The notes: a model not told the origin generated them from the sequence alone. Positions 40,791-51,389 are shown, counted from the first letter of the stretch. The stretch is DNA of 64,000 bases from Natronohydrobacter sp. (GCA_020832585.1 JAFIEL010000003.1:12399-76398); one strand, 5' to 3'. Translations and numbers: made by a program.

Positions 40791-41240
40791 ATGCTGATCG
40801 GAATTGACCCCCGCCTGAGTCCGGAAGCCCTGCATGCCCTTGCCGCGATGGGCCATGGGGATCAGATCACCATCGTGGATGCCAATTTCCCTGCCCATGC
40901 GACCGGGCAGAAAACCCCCTGGGGCCGACATGTCGACTTCGCGGGCGATTCTGTCGCGGCTCTGGCGGCTGTGCTGGCGTTGATGCCCATCGATCCATTT
41001 GACCCGCAGCGCCCGCCGGTGCGTGCCATGTGTCAGGTGGATGCACCTGACAGTCTGGCTGCACCAGTCGCAGATGCCCAACCCCTGATCCGCGCCAAAG
41101 GCTTCGAAATTGCCTTGACCGAGCGCTTTGCCTTTTATGCGGCAGCGGCGGAGTCTTTCGTGATCCTGCGCACGCAGGAACGGCGCTTCTACGGCAATTT
41201 CATTCTGCGCAAGGGCGTCATTCCGCCCGAGGGGTCATAG
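40791..41240 (+). CDS. RbsD/FucU-family sugar mutarotase/pyranase
   Basis: MGHGDQITIVDANFP, ERFAFY, YGNFILRKGVI; AAGGAG RBS. Confidence 0.88.
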   Translation: MLIGIDPRLSPEALHALAAMGHGDQITIVDANFPAHATGQKTPWGRHVDFAGDSVAALAAVLALMPIDPFDPQRPPVRAMCQVDAPDSLAAPVADAQPLIRAKGFEIALTERFAFYAAAAESFVILRTQERRFYGNFILRKGVIPPEGS

Positions 41241-42218
41241 GCTTCCCCCCAGTTCATCCTCGATATGGGCGGTGATGATCTGTTCAAAGCTTGTCTCGGC
41301 CACAAACCCCAGCGCAATCGCGCGGCTTGCCTCGAACCCGGTCGCCCAGCCTTCGCACATCCGGGTAATCAGGTCATCCGGTTCACGCCGGATCAGCGCG
41401 ACAGCCTTGTCACCCGCAATCTGGCGCAGCGCTTCGATCTGTTCGGCCACAGTCGCGCTCAGACCGGGCATGCACAGATTGCGTCGCGGCCCGACACAGG
41501 CCAGATCCATCGTCGCCGCATGCAGCATGAAGCCCACGGCCGCGCGCGGGGAGGCATGCCAATGGCGGATCGGTTCAGGCACGGGCAAGACAGCTTCCTT
41601 CCCGACCAGCGGCTCGCGCAGGATCGAGGAAAAGAACCCCGAGGCCGCCTTATTGGGCGCACCGGGCCGGATGCAGATGGTGGGCAGGCGAATACCGATG
41701 CCATCCATGGAACCGCGCCGGGTGTAATCGGCCAGCAGCAATTCGCAGATCGCCTTTTGCGTGCCATAGCTTGTCAGCGGTGTGGGGTGGAAACTGTCAG
41801 GGATCAAATCGGGGAATGGCGCGCCGAATACCGCGATGGACGACGCAAAGACCACGCGCGGGAAATAGCCCTCTGCCTGATGGGCAAGACGGATCGCCTC
41901 GAACATCAGACGTGTGGACTCGAGATTGATCAGATAGCCTTTGTCGAAATCGAGTTCGGCCTCGCCTGAAACGATGGCCGCAAAGTGAAAGATCACATCG
42001 GGGCGTGTTGCCACCAGTTGGGCAGGCACGGTCGCGTTTGCCAGATCGACTGCAAGGCAATCCACCTGTCCGTCAAACCCGGCAGGCCGCGCGGGCGCAA
42101 CAATATCGACAAGTGTCAGCTTGGTGATCACCCTCTCGCCCAGCACAGCGTCGGCAACCAGTCGTTCCGTCAGCTTTCGCCCGATCATCCCGGCGGCACC
42201 TGTTATGAGAATATGCAT
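41235..42218 (-). CDS. denD: D-erythronate dehydrogenase-like extended SDR
   Basis: ITGAAGMIGRKL, AAIVSGEAELDFDKGY, SSIAVFG, PLTSYGTQK, RPGAPNKAASGFFS; start moved to 42218. Confidence 0.75.
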   Translation of the reverse strand: MHILITGAAGMIGRKLTERLVADAVLGERVITKLTLVDIVAPARPAGFDGQVDCLAVDLANATVPAQLVATRPDVIFHFAAIVSGEAELDFDKGYLINLESTRLMFEAIRLAHQAEGYFPRVVFASSIAVFGAPFPDLIPDSFHPTPLTSYGTQKAICELLLADYTRRGSMDGIGIRLPTICIRPGAPNKAASGFFSSILREPLVGKEAVLPVPEPIRHWHASPRAAVGFMLHAATMDLACVGPRRNLCMPGLSATVAEQIEALRQIAGDKAVALIRREPDDLITRMCEGWATGFEASRAIALGFVAETSFEQIITAHIEDELGGSL

Positions 42219-42266
42219 CTTCCTCGGTCTCCTTGTGCGGTGCGCGACGCTTGCATTTGTCCGGAT

Positions 42267-42277
42267 TTGTCTGATAA
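42267..42277. promoter_or_regulatory. Candidate FadR-type operator TTGTC-T-GATAA
   Basis: Near-palindrome in the divergent denD/FAD-oxidoreductase intergenic region; related half-sites flank it (TTGTCCGGA, CTGACA); a FadR gene lies in the + strand operon. Confidence 0.4.
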
Positions 42278-42323
42278 CCTGACATATATACGATTTTTGA
42301 CGCATGCAATCGCGGATGCTGAC

Positions 42324-43763
42324 ATGAGCGCCAGAATACCCACCCCCACCCCGCAGCCCTCGCAGCATCTGCGCGAATTGCTGGGGGCTGATCTGGTTCT
42401 GACCGGACCTGAAATTGCGCCCTATTGCAGCGACTGGCACGGCGATGTGCAGTCAGATGCCGTTGCGGTTCTGCGCCCGCGCAGCACGGAACAAGTCGCA
42501 GCCTGCCTGATTGCCGCGCGCGAGACAGGGCTCGCAGTGGTGCCGCAGGGTGGCCGCTCGGGGCTGGTGCTCGGCGCGGTTCCTGACGCGCCCGCGCAAC
42601 AGGTTGTTCTCACCCTGGAGCGCATGAACACCATCCGCCGCATTGACCCCGACGATTTCAGCGTCGAGGCAGAGGCAGGCGTCATCCTGCAAACTCTCAA
42701 GGATCGGCTGGCCGAAGAGGGGCTGTTCTTTCCGCTATCGCTAGGCGCGCAGGGAAATTGCCAGATCGGCGGAAACCTATCGACCAATGCAGGCGGGCTG
42801 AATGTGCTGCGCTACGGGATGACGCGTGATCTGGTGCTCGGGCTGGAAGTGGTCTTGCCGGACGGACGCATCCTTGATCTGCGCTCGCGTCTGCGCAAGG
42901 ACAATCGCGGCATTGATCTGAAGCAGCTTTTCATTGGCGCCGAAGGAACGCTGGGTGTGATCACCGCCGCCACGCTGAAACTGTTTCCCCAGCCGGAACA
43001 GGTCGCAACCGCATTGCTGGCGCTGGACCGGCTGGAAGATGTCATCACGCTGTATCGACGGGCGCGGCGGCAGTGTTGCGATCTGATGTCGGCCTTCGAA
43101 TTCCTGCCGCCGCTGGCTTTCACGCTGGCGCGCGAAGCCTCCCCGGACCTGCCCGCCCCGATGGCGATGGATGCCCCGGCCTATGCCTTGATCGAACTTT
43201 CCGGCTCTGGTCTGGTCGATATCAACGCGCTGATGGAGCAGTTCCTGAGCGTGGTCATGCAAGACGGTCTGGTGCGCGATGGCGTAGTCGCGCAATCCCA
43301 CAGTCAGGCGCGCAGTCTGTGGATGGTCCGCGAGGGCATGAATGCCGGGCAAGCCAGACGCGGGCGGCATTTGCGCACGGATCTGTCGGTTCCGCTCTCG
43401 GCGCTGGCGGAATTTGTCGCCCGGACCGAAGCCGCAATCCGGCAGGCCCTGCCGGGGGCGATCTGCGTCACTTATGGTCATGTCGGGGACGGCAATGTGC
43501 ATCTCAATGTCTTGCCCGCCCCTGACGGCGATATCGACATGCAACTGAAGACCGCAAAAACGATCATCCATGAGATCCTCGCCCGGTTTGAGGGCTCGAT
43601 CAGTGCGGAACACGGCATCGGGCGGCTCAAGCGCGCGGATTTCGAGGCGGAATTACCCCCACTGCGCCGCGAGATGCTCGAAACGCTGCGCCGTGCGATT
43701 GATCCGGGGCTGATGATGAATCCGGGGTGCCAGTTCCGCATGCGGGATGATGCGCCGAAATGA
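42324..43763 (+). CDS. FAD-binding oxidoreductase (D-2-hydroxyacid dehydrogenase/GlcD-like, VAO family)
   Basis: PQGGRSGL, CQIGGNLSTNAGG, LRKDNRG, GAEGTLG, GHVGDGNVH, SAEHGIG; start moved to 42324. Confidence 0.88.
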   Translation: MSARIPTPTPQPSQHLRELLGADLVLTGPEIAPYCSDWHGDVQSDAVAVLRPRSTEQVAACLIAARETGLAVVPQGGRSGLVLGAVPDAPAQQVVLTLERMNTIRRIDPDDFSVEAEAGVILQTLKDRLAEEGLFFPLSLGAQGNCQIGGNLSTNAGGLNVLRYGMTRDLVLGLEVVLPDGRILDLRSRLRKDNRGIDLKQLFIGAEGTLGVITAATLKLFPQPEQVATALLALDRLEDVITLYRRARRQCCDLMSAFEFLPPLAFTLAREASPDLPAPMAMDAPAYALIELSGSGLVDINALMEQFLSVVMQDGLVRDGVVAQSHSQARSLWMVREGMNAGQARRGRHLRTDLSVPLSALAEFVARTEAAIRQALPGAICVTYGHVGDGNVHLNVLPAPDGDIDMQLKTAKTIIHEILARFEGSISAEHGIGRLKRADFEAELPPLRREMLETLRRAIDPGLMMNPGCQFRMRDDAPK

Positions 43764-44467
43764 CCCCCCAAGTCGCGCGCAATCCCCAGCTTTCAACGCG
43801 CATTGCCACGCTCTTGCGCAACCGGATAGAGGCCGAAGGCTTGCAGCAGGGCGCGCGGCTGCCAACGGAAGCCCGGATGGCGGAAGATTTCGGCGTCAGT
43901 CGCGCCGTTATCCGCGAGGCAATCGCGCAATTGCGCAATGAAGGGCTGATCGAAACGCGTCAGGGCGCGGGCGCGTTTGTCGCCGATGCCTCCGGCCGCC
44001 CGATCCGGCTGGACGCGGCGCAAGACATGGATGGCCGCGCGTTCCGGCATCTGTTTCAATTGCGCATTCCCTTGGAGATCGAAGCGGCAGCCCTTGCGGC
44101 ACGCCATCACGGCACGGCGGACCTTGAACAGATACGACAGGCGCTTGTCCGTCTGGAGCATCCCCAATCCTGCACGGATGACACGGTAACGGCGGACCTT
44201 GATTTTCACCGCGCGATTGCAACGGCAACGGGAAACCCGTTTTTCACGCAGTTCCTGACAGCGATCTCGGACCGGATCGCGCATGTTATCCTGACCGCAC
44301 GCGCGGGCATCGCGCTCGATACCTTGCACGACCAGACGATCAGCGAACATTCGGCCATCTATGCCGCGATCGCCGCCCGCGACAGCCGTGGCGCGCGCGC
44401 TGCGATGCGCGCCCATCTCGAAGGTGGTGCCCGGCGTGTCGGATTGCGGCTGGATTTCTTTGACTGA
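43760..44467 (+). CDS. FadR/GntR-family transcriptional regulator
   Basis: LPTEARMAEDFGVSRAVIREA, RQGAGAFV, DLDFHRAIATATGN. Confidence 0.9.
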   Translation: MTPQVARNPQLSTRIATLLRNRIEAEGLQQGARLPTEARMAEDFGVSRAVIREAIAQLRNEGLIETRQGAGAFVADASGRPIRLDAAQDMDGRAFRHLFQLRIPLEIEAAALAARHHGTADLEQIRQALVRLEHPQSCTDDTVTADLDFHRAIATATGNPFFTQFLTAISDRIAHVILTARAGIALDTLHDQTISEHSAIYAAIAARDSRGARAAMRAHLEGGARRVGLRLDFFD

Positions 44468-44511
44468 CCCTCTCTGCGCCCGTCCATCACGGCATGTAAA
44501 AGAGCCTGAAA

Positions 44512-45717
44512 ATGAAGCTCACCGCTATCGAGACAATCCGCATCGCCGAACGCCCGAACCTGCTTTGGGTCGAGTTGCACACCGATGAGGGCATCACCGG
44601 ACTGGGAGAGACATTTTTCGGCCCCGCCGCCGTAGAGGCCCATATCCACGAATGGGCCGCCCCGCGACTTCTGGGGCGCGATCCCTTGCAGATTGATGCG
44701 CTTGCGCGGGATCTGGTGGGCTATCTGGGCTTCCGCTCTGCCGGGGTGGAAATGCGGGGGAATTCGGCCATCGATATCGCCCTGTGGGATATCTTCGGCA
44801 AGGCCACCGGACAGCCGATCGCACAGCTTCTGGGCGGGTTCACGCGGCAGTCGATCCGCACCTACAACACCTGCGCAGGGCTAGATTACATCAAGCGTGC
44901 GGATGGCCAGAATGTCGAAAACTGGGGGAATAAGGGACAGCCCCACATCTATGATGACCTCGACGCCTTCTTGCACCGCGCAGATGATCTGGCGCACGCG
45001 CTGCTGGACGAAGGCATCACGGCCATGAAAATCTGGCCGTTCGACATCGCTGCCGAGAAAACCAATGGGCAGTATATCTCCAACGATGACCTTAAGACCG
45101 CATTGCGTCCTTTCGAGAAGATCCGCGCCGCTGTCGGCGACAGGATGGATATCATGGTCGAGTTTCATTCCCTCTGGCAGCTTCTGCCCGCCATTCAGAT
45201 CGCAAAGGCGCTGGAGCCTTTCAATACCTTCTGGCACGAAGATCCGATCCGTATGGACAGCCTTGGCAGCTTGCAGCGCTATGCCGCAGCCTCGCCCGCA
45301 CCAATCTGCGCTTCCGAGACATTGGCCACACGCTGGGGCTTTCGTGATCTGCTGGAAACTGGCGTGGCGGGCGTTGTCATGCTGGATCTCAGCTGGTGCG
45401 GCGGAATTTCAGAAGCGCGCAAAATCGCCTCCATGGCGGAAGCCTGGCACCTTCCGGTCGCACCGCATGACTGCACGGGTCCGGTGGTGCTGGCAGCCTC
45501 TACCCATCTGTCGCTGAATGCACCCAATGCGCTGGTTCAGGAAAGCGTCCGGGCCTTCTACCGCACATGGTATCGCGATCTTGTCACCGCACTGCCCGAA
45601 GTGCACAACGGACAGATCACGGTCCCGCCGGGCCCCGGTCTGGGACTGGAACTGAACCCGGATCTGGATCGCGCCTTCACCATCTCTCGCAAGCAAAGCC
45701 GGGTCGATACGCTGTGA
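44512..45717 (+). CDS. Mandelate racemase/MLE-family acid-sugar dehydratase (galactonate dehydratase-like)
   Basis: TDEGITGLGE, SAIDIALWD, MKIWPFD, VEFH, HEDP, ASE, APHDCTGP. Confidence 0.85.
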   Translation: MKLTAIETIRIAERPNLLWVELHTDEGITGLGETFFGPAAVEAHIHEWAAPRLLGRDPLQIDALARDLVGYLGFRSAGVEMRGNSAIDIALWDIFGKATGQPIAQLLGGFTRQSIRTYNTCAGLDYIKRADGQNVENWGNKGQPHIYDDLDAFLHRADDLAHALLDEGITAMKIWPFDIAAEKTNGQYISNDDLKTALRPFEKIRAAVGDRMDIMVEFHSLWQLLPAIQIAKALEPFNTFWHEDPIRMDSLGSLQRYAAASPAPICASETLATRWGFRDLLETGVAGVVMLDLSWCGGISEARKIASMAEAWHLPVAPHDCTGPVVLAASTHLSLNAPNALVQESVRAFYRTWYRDLVTALPEVHNGQITVPPGPGLGLELNPDLDRAFTISRKQSRVDTL

Positions 45718-45795
45718 CCCGCGCGCCTTTGGCCGTATTGATCCCTGCCGACATCGCGTAGAATTTCCAAACCAGACAGAAAAGAACCCCCTGAC

Positions 45796-47316
45796 ATGAC
45801 ACATACCCCCCATGGCGCGCATCTCATTGCCGGCGAACGCGTCCTTAATGATGCAAAATTCACATCTGCCCCGGCGCATGGTCCGGCACATCACTTCAGC
45901 GAAGGCACGCCAGAGCATATCGCGCGCGCCGCCGAAGCCGCAGAGGCGGCTTTCTGGTCCTATGGCTACAGCACGCGCGACACCCGCGCCGCACTGCTGG
46001 ACGCCATCGCGGCAGAGATCGACCTGCGCGGCGATGCAATCACGGCGATTGGCACGCAGGAAAGCGGCCTGCCTGAAGCACGGCTGATCGGTGAACGAGG
46101 TCGGACAGTCGGGCAATTGCGCCTTATTGCAGAGCATATCCGAAAAGGGTCGTATCTTGACCAGCGTCATGATCCCGCCCTGCCCGACCGCCAGCCCCTG
46201 CCCCGACCAGAACTTCACATGGTGCAACGCCCCATCGGGCCTGTCGCGGTCTTTGGCGCGTCCAACTTTCCGCTGGCCTTCTCGGTGGCGGGGGGCGATA
46301 CGGCGGCGGCGCTGGCGGCGGGCTGTCCGGTCGTCGTCAAGGGCCACCCCGCACATCCGGGAACGGGCGAGTTGGTCGGCGATGCGATTGCCGCTGCAAT
46401 CGCCTCTTGCCAGTTGCATCCGGGAATATTCTCGCTGGTGCAGGGCAGCACACATGAAATCGGCGCAGCCCTTGTCACGCATCCGCTGATCCGTGCTGTG
46501 GGTTTCACCGGATCATTGCGCGCAGGTCGGGCGCTCTTTGATCTTTGCGCCAGGCGGCCAGAACCCATCCCGTTCTTTGGCGAGTTGGGCAGTGTGAACC
46601 CGATGTTCATCCTGCCCGCCGCGCTGGCGGCGCGCGGCGAGGCGATTGCCCAGGGCTGGGCGGGCAGTCTGACCATGGGCGCAGGGCAGTTCTGCACCAA
46701 TCCCGGACTTGCAATCATGATTGACGGGCCGCAAGCGGATGCCTTCGCGACCAGCGCGCGCGCGGCACTGGCAGAGGTGCAGGCGCAGACCATGCTCACG
46801 GACGGGATCGCAAACGCCTATCGCGCCGGGCGCGACAGGGTCGCGCAATGCGCCGGTGTGGAAACCTTGCTGGCCACAGACTGCGCGGACCGGTTGGCAA
46901 CACCCTGCCTCTATCAGACCACAGCCGCGACATGGCTGAACACTCCCCATCTGGCGGAAGAGGTGTTCGGGCCACTTGGCATCGTGGTGCGCGTGCGCGA
47001 CGGCGCGGAAATCGTCGCAGTGGCGCAGGCGCTGGAAGGACAACTGACCTGCAGCCTGCAGATGGATGCAGACGATTTCGCGCTGGCGCAGCGCCTCATG
47101 CCGGTGCTGGAGCGCAAGGCGGGGCGTATCCTTGCCAATGGCTTCCCGACCGGTGTGGAAGTGGCCGAAAGCATGGTGCATGGTGGCCCCTACCCTGCAT
47201 CGACAAATTTCGGCGCAACCTCTGTCGGAACGCTCGCGATCCGTCGCTTCCTGCGCCCGGTCTGCTACCAGAACCTGCCTGCAGACTTGCTGCCGCAGGA
47301 TGTGCACCAGCGCTAG
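45796..47316 (+). CDS. NADP-dependent aldehyde dehydrogenase, alpha-ketoglutaric semialdehyde dehydrogenase type
   Basis: GERGRT, FGASNFPLAFS, KGHPAHP, FTGS, GELGSVNP, GQFCTNPG, EEVFGP, HGGPYPA. Confidence 0.88.
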   Translation: MTHTPHGAHLIAGERVLNDAKFTSAPAHGPAHHFSEGTPEHIARAAEAAEAAFWSYGYSTRDTRAALLDAIAAEIDLRGDAITAIGTQESGLPEARLIGERGRTVGQLRLIAEHIRKGSYLDQRHDPALPDRQPLPRPELHMVQRPIGPVAVFGASNFPLAFSVAGGDTAAALAAGCPVVVKGHPAHPGTGELVGDAIAAAIASCQLHPGIFSLVQGSTHEIGAALVTHPLIRAVGFTGSLRAGRALFDLCARRPEPIPFFGELGSVNPMFILPAALAARGEAIAQGWAGSLTMGAGQFCTNPGLAIMIDGPQADAFATSARAALAEVQAQTMLTDGIANAYRAGRDRVAQCAGVETLLATDCADRLATPCLYQTTAATWLNTPHLAEEVFGPLGIVVRVRDGAEIVAVAQALEGQLTCSLQMDADDFALAQRLMPVLERKAGRILANGFPTGVEVAESMVHGGPYPASTNFGATSVGTLAIRRFLRPVCYQNLPADLLPQDVHQR

Positions 47317-47322
47317 TTTTCC

Positions 47323-47353
47323 TGCCCCCCTCGGAATGGCTCAGAGGGGGGCA
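47323..47353. terminator. Hairpin between convergent genes
   Basis: TGCCCCCCTC-N11-GAGGGGGGCA, perfect 10-bp stem; no U-tract on either strand. Confidence 0.55.
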
Positions 47354-47367
47354 AACGCCCGCGTGGG

Positions 47368-48519
47368 TCAGAGCAGACCACGTCCGGCCAGATTGCGCAT
47401 CAGTGCCGCAGCGCCAAATGTCCAGGGCGGGGCCTTTGTCGACAGCGTGACGCGATTGACCAGCGCCCCGAAACCCGGCGAACTGATCGTGACCAGATCA
47501 TTCTCGTGATGGGTGAACCCTGCCCCTTCTGCATCGCGATCTTTGATCGGGGCGAACATTGTTCCCAGATACAGCATGAAACCGTCAGGATACTGGTGAT
47601 GCGCCCCACAGGTCTGCGCCACAAGATCAGCCGGGTCGCGGCTGATCTCACGCATCGAGGAATGTCCGCTCAGCACGAAACCATCCTCCCCCTCTACCCG
47701 CAAAGACAGTTGCGCGGCACGGACATCGTTCAGCGTGAAATCACTGTCAAAAAGGCGGATGAACGGGCCAATCGCCGCAGCGGCGTTATTGTCTTTCGCC
47801 TTGCCCAACAGCAGCGCCGAGCGCCCTTCGACATCTCGGAGATTGACATCATTGCCAAGTGCTGCGCCCTTCACATCCCCGCTTGAGGCAACAGCCAGCA
47901 CGATTTCCGGTTCCGGGTTGTTCCATTTGCTGATCGGGTGCAGACCGATTGCAGCGCCATGACCGACCGCAGAGAGTGGTTGCGCCTTCGTGAAGACCTC
48001 GGCATCGGGGCCAATGCCCACTTCCAGATATTGCGACCATAGCCCTTCGGCCTGCAACACCGCCTTGACCCGCGCGGCCTCTTCCGATCCCGGCACCAGA
48101 TCACGCAGGCTGTCGCCAATAAGCGTTGTCACCTTGGCGCGGATCGCTTCGGCGCGCGCCGGATCGCCTGCAGCGCGTTCTTCGATGACGCGTTCAAGCA
48201 TCGAGCGCGCAAATGTCACGCCGCACGCCTTGATCGCCTGCAAATCGCAAGGCGCAAGCAGGCGCAAATCATCCGGTCCGCTGGCATGGGTGCTGGCGTG
48301 TTCCAGCTCGGCCCATGTGCAAACCCGCTCTCCCGATGCATCGCGCACGAAGCCGGCAGGATTGTCTTTCTCCAGCAGATCGCGCGTGGTCGGAGCGTGG
48401 GCAGAGGTAATGTCGAAAACCTCTGCTTCGCGCAAAGTGATCAACGCAGGCCCGATACCGGGGCGCCAGATCCTGCCCAGATAGGCCCCGTCCGGGCTGA
48501 GTGTTTCTTGCAGGGTCAT
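47368..48519 (-). CDS. xylX: 2-keto-3-deoxy-D-xylonate dehydratase (FAH family)
   Basis: DLQAIKACGVTFARSMLERVIEE, WSQYLEVGIGPDAEVFTK, WNNPEPE, HHQYPDG; follows xylD. Start moved to 48519. Confidence 0.82.
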   Translation of the reverse strand: MTLQETLSPDGAYLGRIWRPGIGPALITLREAEVFDITSAHAPTTRDLLEKDNPAGFVRDASGERVCTWAELEHASTHASGPDDLRLLAPCDLQAIKACGVTFARSMLERVIEERAAGDPARAEAIRAKVTTLIGDSLRDLVPGSEEAARVKAVLQAEGLWSQYLEVGIGPDAEVFTKAQPLSAVGHGAAIGLHPISKWNNPEPEIVLAVASSGDVKGAALGNDVNLRDVEGRSALLLGKAKDNNAAAAIGPFIRLFDSDFTLNDVRAAQLSLRVEGEDGFVLSGHSSMREISRDPADLVAQTCGAHHQYPDGFMLYLGTMFAPIKDRDAEGAGFTHHENDLVTISSPGFGALVNRVTLSTKAPPWTFGAAALMRNLAGRGLL

Positions 48520-48526
48520 CTTGTCC

Positions 48527-50308
48527 TCAATGATTGTCGCGCGGCAGATCATGCCGGATGCGCTGATAGGCCGTCGCCAGTTCCAGACAGCCGCCTTCGG
48601 CCAGCTGCCCGACATGGGTGCGATAAATCTCCTGCCACGGCGTCTGATGGTGCAACTCGGGCGGCGTCCAGGCATCGCGCCGCGCCTGCCATTCCTCGTC
48701 CGGCACCAATGCGTCCATACGGCTCGCGTTCAGGTCCAGCCGCACCCGATCCCCGGTCTGCAACAGCGCCAAACCACCCCCCACAACGGATTCGGGGCTG
48801 GCATTCAGGATCGACGGACTTTCCGATGTCCCCGATTGCCGCCCGTCGCCCACAGTCGGCAGATGGTTCACCCCCGCCCGGATCAGCGCATCAGGCGGCT
48901 GCATGTTCACCACTTCGGCTGATCCCGGATAGCCCACACAGCCCACATTGCGGATGAACAGGATCGTCTGATCATCAATCCCAAGGCTCTCGTCATTGAT
49001 CCGGTCGTGATAATCCTCCGGCCCCTCGAACACGACCGCGCGGGCTTCAAAAACCCCCTCCTGCCCCGGTGTGGACAGGAACCGCTGCCGGAAATCGGGC
49101 GAGATCACGCTGGTTTTCATCAGCGCCGAGTCGAACAGATTGCCCGAGAGCACCAGAAACCCTGCCTTCTCGCGCATCGGTTCCGCCACAGTGCGGATCA
49201 CCTCAATGTCCCGGCTTTCCCAACCGGCCAGATTGGTCCCCATATCCGCACCGCTTGCGGTCATCGCATCGCCGTGCAGCATGCCCGCTTTCATCAACTC
49301 GCCCATCACCGCAGGCACACCGCCCGCACGATAGAAGCTCTCGCCCAGATAGACCCCCGCAGGCTGCATGTTCACCAGAAGCGGCACATCAAAGCCAACG
49401 GACTGCCAATCACTCACATGCAGATCAACGCCCGCATGACGCGCAATCGCCTGCAGATGCGGCGGCGCATTGGTGGACCCGCCAATCGCGGAATTGACCT
49501 TGATCGCATTCTCGAACGCCTTGCGCGTCAGGATATCCGAAGGCTTCAGATCCTCATGCACCATCGCCACGATCCGCTTGCCGGTTTCATAGGCCATGTT
49601 CATCCGTTCACGAAACGGCGCGGGAATGGCCGAACTGCCCGGAAGCGTCATGCCCAACGCTTCCGCCATCGCGTTCATCGTGCTGGCCGTCCCCATCGTG
49701 TTGCAATGGCCAAGCGAGGGGGCAGAGGAACAGACCCGCTCCATGAATTCCTCATAGTCGATCTTGCCCTCGCCCAGCAGGCGGCGGCTTTCCCAGACGA
49801 TCGTCCCTGACCCCGTGCGCTGGCCTTTCCACCACCCGTCCAGCATCGGCCCGCCATTCAGCGCAATCGCAGGCAGATCGACGGTCGCGGCCCCCATCAG
49901 CATGGCAGGCGTGGTCTTGTCGCAGCCTGTCGTCAGCACCACCCCGTCAATCGGGTAGCCATGCAGCACTTCCACAAGGCTCAGATAGGCCAGATTGCGG
50001 TCCAGCGCCGCTGTGGGCCGCTTGCCGGTTTCCTGAATCGGATGCACCGGAAATTCCATCGGAATCCCGCCGCCATCGCGGATACCCGCCTTGATCCGGT
50101 CCATCAGGAAGACATGGATCTTGTTGCAGGGCGCCAGATCGCTGCCCGTCTGTGCAATCCCGATCACGGGCCGACCGCCCTGCAACTCGCCCCGCGTGTA
50201 TTCCTGGTTCAGATAGCGCTCGATATAAAGCGCAGTCATGCCGGGATTGTTGGGATTGTCGAACCATTCCTGCGACCGGAATTTGCGGCGCGCGCGTGTG
50301 TCACTCAT
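48527..50308 (-). CDS. xylD: D-xylonate dehydratase (IlvD/Edd family)
   Basis: [57 protein letters not shown]-terminal PRDNH. Confidence 0.85.
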   Translation of the reverse strand: MSDTRARRKFRSQEWFDNPNNPGMTALYIERYLNQEYTRGELQGGRPVIGIAQTGSDLAPCNKIHVFLMDRIKAGIRDGGGIPMEFPVHPIQETGKRPTAALDRNLAYLSLVEVLHGYPIDGVVLTTGCDKTTPAMLMGAATVDLPAIALNGGPMLDGWWKGQRTGSGTIVWESRRLLGEGKIDYEEFMERVCSSAPSLGHCNTMGTASTMNAMAEALGMTLPGSSAIPAPFRERMNMAYETGKRIVAMVHEDLKPSDILTRKAFENAIKVNSAIGGSTNAPPHLQAIARHAGVDLHVSDWQSVGFDVPLLVNMQPAGVYLGESFYRAGGVPAVMGELMKAGMLHGDAMTASGADMGTNLAGWESRDIEVIRTVAEPMREKAGFLVLSGNLFDSALMKTSVISPDFRQRFLSTPGQEGVFEARAVVFEGPEDYHDRINDESLGIDDQTILFIRNVGCVGYPGSAEVVNMQPPDALIRAGVNHLPTVGDGRQSGTSESPSILNASPESVVGGGLALLQTGDRVRLDLNASRMDALVPDEEWQARRDAWTPPELHHQTPWQEIYRTHVGQLAEGGCLELATAYQRIRHDLPRDNH

Positions 50309-50324
50309 GGGTGTCCTCTGGTTG

Positions 50325-51389
50325 TCATGTCTGATTGATGGAAGGCCAGTCCCCGATCCGGGGCAGCCGATCTGTACTTTGGCGGGCGATCAGTTCGAAC
50401 CCGGCATCCAGACTGCGCTCGGCGACAGGCTGCTTGCTCAGTCGCGCCAGGATCATCTGCACGGCCGTCAGGCCGGTTTGATAGCGAAATGTGCGCACCG
50501 ATGTAATGGTGGGCACGGAACAGGACACCACGTCCAGATCGTTGAACCCCACAATTCCCATCTGATGGGGCACTGAAATTCCGCGTCGCTGACATTCGAA
50601 CAAGGCCCCGAGCGCCACATCATCATTGTTGCAGAACACAGCGTCAATGTCAGGACAGCGGGCAAGCAGGTCCGAGAGCAACTGCCCCCCGGTTGTGTAG
50701 GAGGATGGCTTGGGCGTTGTCTGAACCAGGCGTTCATCCTCTGCAATCTGCGCCGCCTGCAAGACATCGCGATATCCGGCAAGACGCCGCTGCGCGCGCG
50801 GATCCATCCGCGCACCCAGAAATCCGATGCGGCGATAACCCTTATCGATCAGATGGCGGGCCGCGGCGCGTCCGGCTTCACGCTGGTCGCACCCCACGAT
50901 CATGTCAATCGGATCCGGCCCGATCTCCATGACCTGCACGACCGGGCAATTCATCTTCTGCAACAACTTGCGCGCCGCGTCAGTCTGGTCGATCCCCGAA
51001 ACGATCATCCCTGCCGGGCGCTGCGTCGAGAAAATACGCAACAGATCTTCCTCGCGCGTGGTGATGTAGCGGGTGTTGACGAATTGCGGCGTGTAATCGG
51101 TGTCATCCAGCCCATCCATCACCCCGCGCAACAAATCCGCAAAGATCTGGTTTGTCAGCGACGGGATGACCACGCCGACAATCTTCGACCGCGCAGAAGC
51201 CAGCGCCTGCGCGGCGGGGTTGGGCACATACCCCAGGGCCTCTACCGCAGCGGCAACCTTTGCACGGGTCGCGGGCGTCACAAGATCAGGCAACCGCAAT
51301 GCCCGCGACGCAGTTACGACGCTTACATTCGCCTGCGCCGCAACATCCGAGAGCTTAACTGTGTTGTTTTTACTTGTTTTATCTTTCAT
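50325..51389 (-). CDS. LacI-family transcriptional regulator (gluconate GntR-like)
   Basis: LSDVAAQANVSVVTASRAL, GYVPN..A..LA, FCNNDDVALG, GFND; start moved to 51389. Confidence 0.9.
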   Translation of the reverse strand: MKDKTSKNNTVKLSDVAAQANVSVVTASRALRLPDLVTPATRAKVAAAVEALGYVPNPAAQALASARSKIVGVVIPSLTNQIFADLLRGVMDGLDDTDYTPQFVNTRYITTREEDLLRIFSTQRPAGMIVSGIDQTDAARKLLQKMNCPVVQVMEIGPDPIDMIVGCDQREAGRAAARHLIDKGYRRIGFLGARMDPRAQRRLAGYRDVLQAAQIAEDERLVQTTPKPSSYTTGGQLLSDLLARCPDIDAVFCNNDDVALGALFECQRRGISVPHQMGIVGFNDLDVVSCSVPTITSVRTFRYQTGLTAVQMILARLSKQPVAERSLDAGFELIARQSTDRLPRIGDWPSINQT

